This document shows, piece by piece, positions 60,955-64,000 of a DNA stretch of 64,000 nt. Both the position numbers and the translations under genes were made by a program. The notes below the pieces were generated by a model. That model worked only from the letters and a program-made list of their open reading frames with translations. It ran no database searches and was not told the origin of the DNA. Within the stretch, counting starts at the first letter, position 1. Every line of letters starts with the position of its first letter. Origin of the DNA: Ostreococcus lucimarinus (Eukaryota); assembly GCA_000092065.1 (NCBI GenBank), contig CP000581.1. One strand, written 5' to 3'.

Positions 60955-62703
60955 TCATTCCAAGAGTCTATCTATACGCTTAATTAAGGGTGAAGACGTC
61001 GTCTCGCGCGATGGCGTCGCGCTCGGTAAGCGCGGCGCGTCTTGAGCGGCGGCGGCGGCGAGTCGATTTTGCTCGTCGCGAAGCTGGTCGGGGGGAAGCG
61101 ACGGTTTGGTCGGGAGTCCGGCAAGCTCGGCGCGCGTGAGGCCGTCTTCACCGGATGCGCCCAACATTGCGTGATCGGTGTCTTTTTCTTCGAAGAAGCC
61201 CGAACCCGGGTCGATGCGTTCCTCGGGAAGAGCCGCGAATTTGTCGCGACCGCCGTTCGGCAGTAAGCCTTGCGTGCCCTTGCCTTTGAGCGCCTTGACC
61301 TCGTCCCAAGTGAGAGTTGGGGTTTTGTACGTCGCCAAGTACTCGCCACCTTCACGTTTGTACACGTCGAGGAATTCTTCGGTTTGGCCCCGAATCGCGC
61401 GCGGGTATTGGAGTAAGAGATCCAACTCGCCGGCGTCGAGCGATAACAACTTGTCCATGACGGGTTGCGGGAGCTCGGGGTAGTGCTCGTAAATCCGCGC
61501 CTTCATCATCTCGTAAAAGTAGTAGTATTTGGGACGCGGGCGAATGTACTCTGGCACGTTTTCCCATTTGTCCTCATCGAGCCACTTCAGCGCGTCCTCG
61601 ACGCTGGTTTCTTCGCGCGAGAGCACGTCGCGAATCTCACTCGAGAGCTTGGCGACAAGTCGAAGAAATTCTCGTCCGTACTCTTCCACGGTAGCATCCA
61701 ACTCCAACGCACGCTTCATCCACAGCGCCGACGCGACTTGGGCGTCGACGATCAGAGCGTCACTGTACGCACCTCGCGACGACTGGCTCGCCACTTCAAC
61801 GCGCGACACGTGGTTGTGCACGAGGTCTTGTTCGATGGCGAGCGCGTAACCGTGATACGCGCGCGCCCACGCGGGATAGTACGCCAACGCCACGCGATAG
61901 TCCTTCACAGCCTGAGCGTAGTTACCGACGTGTGCGTACGCCTCGGCGCGCAAGCCGCTCAAGAAGCCTCGTCGCATCGCGCTCGTCTTGAGAGAATCGC
62001 CTATGGAGAGGAAAAATATTTCGGCGAGCTCGGAGCGCCAACGAGATTCTACACCCACGGCACAATCCACCAACGTCTGCGCCATCGCGTGTAGACTCAT
62101 GCGCTCTGACTCCGGTTTCACCGGTTTCAGCCATTTCCCATCCCGCGGCGAAACTGGGTTGGGCATTTCGCCCTCCGAAATCGTCGACGCGTACATGGCG
62201 CACGCCTCCGTCATCTCCACGCGCGCCGCGCACTCAACCAACTTCAACCGCACATCCTCATCTTTCGGCGCCATTCTCCTCGCGTCTAACAAAACCGCGA
62301 CAGCGTCCAAGGTCGCTCCCAATCCCATGCTCGCCACGCCCGAGCGATACAACGCCTTCGCCATCAACCTCGCCGCGTTCGACTCTCCTTCGCGCTCGCT
62401 CGCGACCAGGCCCTTCAACAGCTCCACCGCCCCATTCGCGTCCCTTCGCGCGCCATCGTAATCCGTCAACTTCAACGCCATCAACGACCGATTCACGAGC
62501 GCTCTCGCGAGATCCAACTCCTCCGCGTGCGCCGTGCGATCGTTCACGCACAGCGTAAAGTGCATGTACGCATCCATCCAGTTTTCAGTCCGCGCCAAGT
62601 GTTTCGCCGCCCGGTCGATCGCGTCGTACTCCCCCTTGGACGCGACGACGCGCGTCGCTTTTTTTCCCGCGTCCTCCGCGATCGCGTCCACCGCGCGCAC
62701 CAT
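60955..62703 (-). CDS. TPR-repeat protein of unknown function.
   Basis: Met 249 of ORF 60955..63447; upstream of it the ORF is an R-rich antisense artefact. TPR-like helices (YYPAWARAYHGYALAIEQD, AYAHVGNYAQAVKDYRVALAYYP). The conserved-looking C-terminal block reads KYYYFYEMMKARIYEHYPELP. Confidence 0.45.
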   Translation of the reverse strand: MVRAVDAIAEDAGKKATRVVASKGEYDAIDRAAKHLARTENWMDAYMHFTLCVNDRTAHAEELDLARALVNRSLMALKLTDYDGARRDANGAVELLKGLVASEREGESNAARLMAKALYRSGVASMGLGATLDAVAVLLDARRMAPKDEDVRLKLVECAARVEMTEACAMYASTISEGEMPNPVSPRDGKWLKPVKPESERMSLHAMAQTLVDCAVGVESRWRSELAEIFFLSIGDSLKTSAMRRGFLSGLRAEAYAHVGNYAQAVKDYRVALAYYPAWARAYHGYALAIEQDLVHNHVSRVEVASQSSRGAYSDALIVDAQVASALWMKRALELDATVEEYGREFLRLVAKLSSEIRDVLSREETSVEDALKWLDEDKWENVPEYIRPRPKYYYFYEMMKARIYEHYPELPQPVMDKLLSLDAGELDLLLQYPRAIRGQTEEFLDVYKREGGEYLATYKTPTLTWDEVKALKGKGTQGLLPNGGRDKFAALPEERIDPGSGFFEEKDTDHAMLGASGEDGLTRAELAGLPTKPSLPPDQLRDEQNRLAAAAAQDAPRLPSATPSRETTSSPLIKRIDRLLE

Positions 62704-62784
62704 CTCGCGCCGTCGCGGTGTGCCGTTCGGTCGTTCGAAACGCTTCAAAAACGCTCGCGAAACCGGCGACCGGAAAAGCGTCAC

Positions 62785-64000
62785 ATGTCGGCGCGTCCGC
62801 ACGTCGTCGATCGCGCGCTCGCGGCGTACGGCGGCGCGCGCGACGCGCGGACGGGCGCATACATCGGCGGTGCGCGCGCCGACGCCGCGCTCGCGACGTA
62901 CGCGCGCGACGACACGCGCGACGCGCGCGCGACGAAACGCGCGACGAATGGGTTGGCGTTCGCGCGGTCGGTCGACGCGACGGCGCGCGATCTCGCGGGA
63001 TTCGGCGCGAGAAACGCGGTCGTCGCGCTCGGGATAGAGTGCTCGGAGACGTTCCTGAGGTACTGGTTGGCGTGCGCGCAGTGCGGGGCGTGCGCGGCGC
63101 CGTTGAATGGGCGCTGGGACGCGGCGGAGGCGGCGGCGGCGGCGCGAGACGCGGGCGCGGAGGTGGTGATTCTGGACGACGCGCACGACGCGCGGTGGTC
63201 GAAAGCGGGATTTAGGGACGTTGGAATCGTAGTGTTCGATGCGTCGCCCGAGGAGGGGTCGGGCGATGAGGATGAGGGTTGGACAAAGGCGTACAGACGC
63301 CGCGCGGACGACGCGTGCGCGATGTGCTACACGAGCGGAACGTCGGGGTCGCCGAAGGCGGTGATGCTGTCGCACGGTAGCGTGTGCGCGGCGACGCGGG
63401 CGAAGTTGGAGGTAGTGGGATACGACGCGGGGGATACGTATCTGCACGTCGCGCCTCTATATCACGTCGGTGGGTTGTCGAGCGCGCACGCGACGCTCGC
63501 CGCGGGCGCGAATCACGTGTTCGTGAATAAGTTTGATCCGGACCTCGTGTTGCGCATCATCGTCGACGAAGGCGTCACGGCGTTCATCGCTGTGCCTGCG
63601 ATGATGCGCGAGCTCGTGGACTCGCGCGGTGGCGACACAGTGTTTCCGACGGTGAGGAAAATTCTCGTAGGCGCCGGGCGGCTGACCGACGAATTGTACA
63701 ACTCGATTCGGCACGTCTTTCCGAACGCTAAGGTCACGATGGCGTACGGTATGACGGAAACGACATCATCGGTGACGTTTCTTTCGCCAGAGGACGCGCG
63801 GTTTGAACTGGATGCGGATTCAACGTTTGCGGGAAACGCGGCTCCAGGGGTTGAGGTGAAAACGGACGCCGAAGGACAGCTTCTCGTTCGGGGGTCGTCG
63901 CTCATGCTCGGCTACGTCGGCGTTGATCGCACGGAGACATTCGATGCAGACGGATGGTTTGCCACGGGTGATCTCGGCGCGGTTGGGGAGGCACGGGGCG
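62785..64000 (+). CDS. AMP-dependent synthetase/ligase (acyl-CoA synthetase family); 5' part only, continues past the window end.
   Basis: From an ATG near 62785, one open frame runs to the window end. It contains LACAQCGACAAPLNGRW (CoA ligase N-domain), the AMP-binding P-loop CYTSGTSGSPKAVMLSHG, and GWFATGDLG. It is not in the ORF track because no stop falls inside the window. Confidence 0.65.
   Translation, partial: MSARPHVVDRALAAYGGARDARTGAYIGGARADAALATYARDDTRDARATKRATNGLAFARSVDATARDLAGFGARNAVVALGIECSETFLRYWLACAQCGACAAPLNGRWDAAEAAAAARDAGAEVVILDDAHDARWSKAGFRDVGIVVFDASPEEGSGDEDEGWTKAYRRRADDACAMCYTSGTSGSPKAVMLSHGSVCAATRAKLEVVGYDAGDTYLHVAPLYHVGGLSSAHATLAAGANHVFVNKFDPDLVLRIIVDEGVTAFIAVPAMMRELVDSRGGDTVFPTVRKILVGAGRLTDELYNSIRHVFPNAKVTMAYGMTETTSSVTFLSPEDARFELDADSTFAGNAAPGVEVKTDAEGQLLVRGSSLMLGYVGVDRTETFDADGWFATGDLGAVGEARG

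Noticed and set aside
63229-63281. An apparent +1 frameshift in the acyl-CoA synthetase gene between the N-domain and the YTSGTSG P-loop.
   Set aside because: It came from my own mis-transcription of one line. Checked against ORF-track coordinates (ORF 62718..63215 ends where expected), the frame is continuous: ...GIVVFDASPEEGSGDEDEGW...CYTSGTSGSPK.
1-64000. Prokaryotic features: operons, CRISPR arrays, defence islands, mobile elements.
   Set aside because: The gene content is eukaryotic (spliceosomal introns, RNA polymerase III, ESCRT, COG, NatA, ferlin). The GC-rich tandem tracts are irregular simple repeats without spacer structure. No transposase, integrase or LTR signatures were seen.
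1-64000. tRNA genes.
   Set aside because: I scanned by eye for T-loop-like GGTTCGAATCC or GTTCAAATC motifs with appropriate upstream structure. The only partial matches (for example GGTTCGAAAGC at about 18380) lie inside the CHMP1 coding exon and lack the cloverleaf context. This check is not exhaustive.

Overview
The window looks like a GC-rich (~65%), gene-dense, intron-poor eukaryotic nuclear region, probably from a Mamiellophyceae-type green picoalga. Inferred from: eukaryotic housekeeping genes (POLR3B, PES1, DRG1, NAA15, COG8, CHMP1, MFAP1, WDR83, anamorsin) interleaved with nuclear genes for plastid functions (PsbP-domain protein with a twin-arginine motif, PLGG1-like LrgAB transporter, DUF177, CrtI-type desaturase, beta-carbonic anhydrase, bacterial-type L17). 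About 38 protein-coding genes fit in 64 kb, with intergenic gaps often under 300 bp and many head-to-head gene pairs. There is no prokaryotic operon structure, no CRISPR array, no rRNA, and I found no convincing tRNA. The six-frame track uses alternative start codons and reports many long spurious antisense ORFs, typical of GC-rich DNA with few stop codons. Only five short introns could be supported (COG8, CHMP1, DRG1, L17, Patched-like); all share one splice grammar and two appear homologous to each other. Most noteworthy is a convergent pair of paralogous secreted cysteine-rich proteins with GPI-anchor-like C-termini (6740..7399 plus strand, 7445..8296 minus strand). Their cysteine spacing reproduces the Frizzled-type cysteine-rich domain core exactly (C-x8-C-x6-C-x10/15-C-x3-C-x6-C), a fold family not expected in green algae. 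Other notable items are a dysferlin-type ferlin gene, a Patched/sterol-sensing-domain protein, and a papain protease with a duplicated I29 prodomain. Coordinates refined from the ORF track by codon arithmetic should be exact or off by a multiple of 3; those read from the sequence text may be off by 1 nt.
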